Below, one piece after another: positions 60,779-60,820 of a stretch of 60,820 nt of DNA. This DNA comes from Acidimicrobiia bacterium. GTDB taxonomy: Bacteria > Actinomycetota > Acidimicrobiia > IMCC26256 > PALSA-555. Below the pieces are notes generated by a model that worked only from the letters and a program-made list of their open reading frames with translations, was not told where the DNA came from and did not search any database. Position 1 is the first letter of the stretch, and each line of letters starts with the position of its first letter. The stretch spans positions 1 through 60,820 of the forward strand of contig SHUY01000002.1 in assembly GCA_009694435.1 (NCBI GenBank), in the 5' to 3' direction. The translations under genes were made by a program, and so were the position numbers.

Positions 60779-60820
60779 GTGACTGGATTTCGCGACCTGC
60801 TCGCCCAAACCCGAGAACAA
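60779..60820 (+). CDS. 5' end of an unidentified gene running off the window
   Basis: GTG at 60779 preceded by TAGGAT (60767-60772) with the same 6-nt spacing seen at other leaderless-type starts. Only 14 codons are visible. Confidence 0.3.
   Translation, partial: MTGFRDLLAQTREQ

Overview
This 60.8-kb window looks like core chromosome from a moderately high-GC actinobacterium. Three things support that: the iscS-mnmA...ligA...gatCAB...ilvD...ilvBNC order matches the mycobacterial arrangement, there is a PASTA Ser/Thr kinase, and many genes have leaderless-type starts. Coding density is very high, with about 60 CDS. I saw no rRNA, tRNA, CRISPR array, transposase or integrase.

Main blocks:
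- A TPP-riboswitch-controlled thiamine salvage and uptake operon (thiamine pyrophosphokinase plus ABC transporter).
- ribB, pdxH, msrA and acyl-CoA enzymes.
- An ECF sigma factor fused to its own ZAS/TM/extracytoplasmic domain.
- An overlapping three-gene glycosyltransferase / NodB deacetylase / DMT transporter operon.
- A complete menaquinone cluster (menG, F, D, H, C, A, B, E) headed by a MerR-family regulator.
- ilvBNC with a Val/Leu-rich leader peptide and attenuator, then fpg, ilvD and gatCAB.
- A D-aminoacylase, a PknB-like kinase, ligA, mnmA and iscS.
- A cell-wall hydrolase corner with two SGNH hydrolases and an amidase_2 protein.
- Methylmalonyl-CoA mutase, MeaB and a Sir2 deacylase.

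I did not find a compact, clearly novel multi-gene system such as a defence island. The observations most worth a second look are:
1. A near-identical 23/25-nt motif holding a 14-bp palindrome next to a -10-like hexamer, found in front of both merR-menG-menF and menE (divergent from menB). This is a candidate menaquinone operator.
2. A diverged 1146-bp tandem segmental duplication that created a truncated SGNH paralogue and a cysteine-desulfurase gene fragment, with one locally scrambled patch.
3. An amidase ORF that appears to be two exported proteins fused at a CGA codon.
4. A membrane-tethered ECF sigma factor.
5. A small gene interrupted by one in-frame TAA.

All functional calls come from reading motifs in the supplied translations by eye. 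No database search was run.
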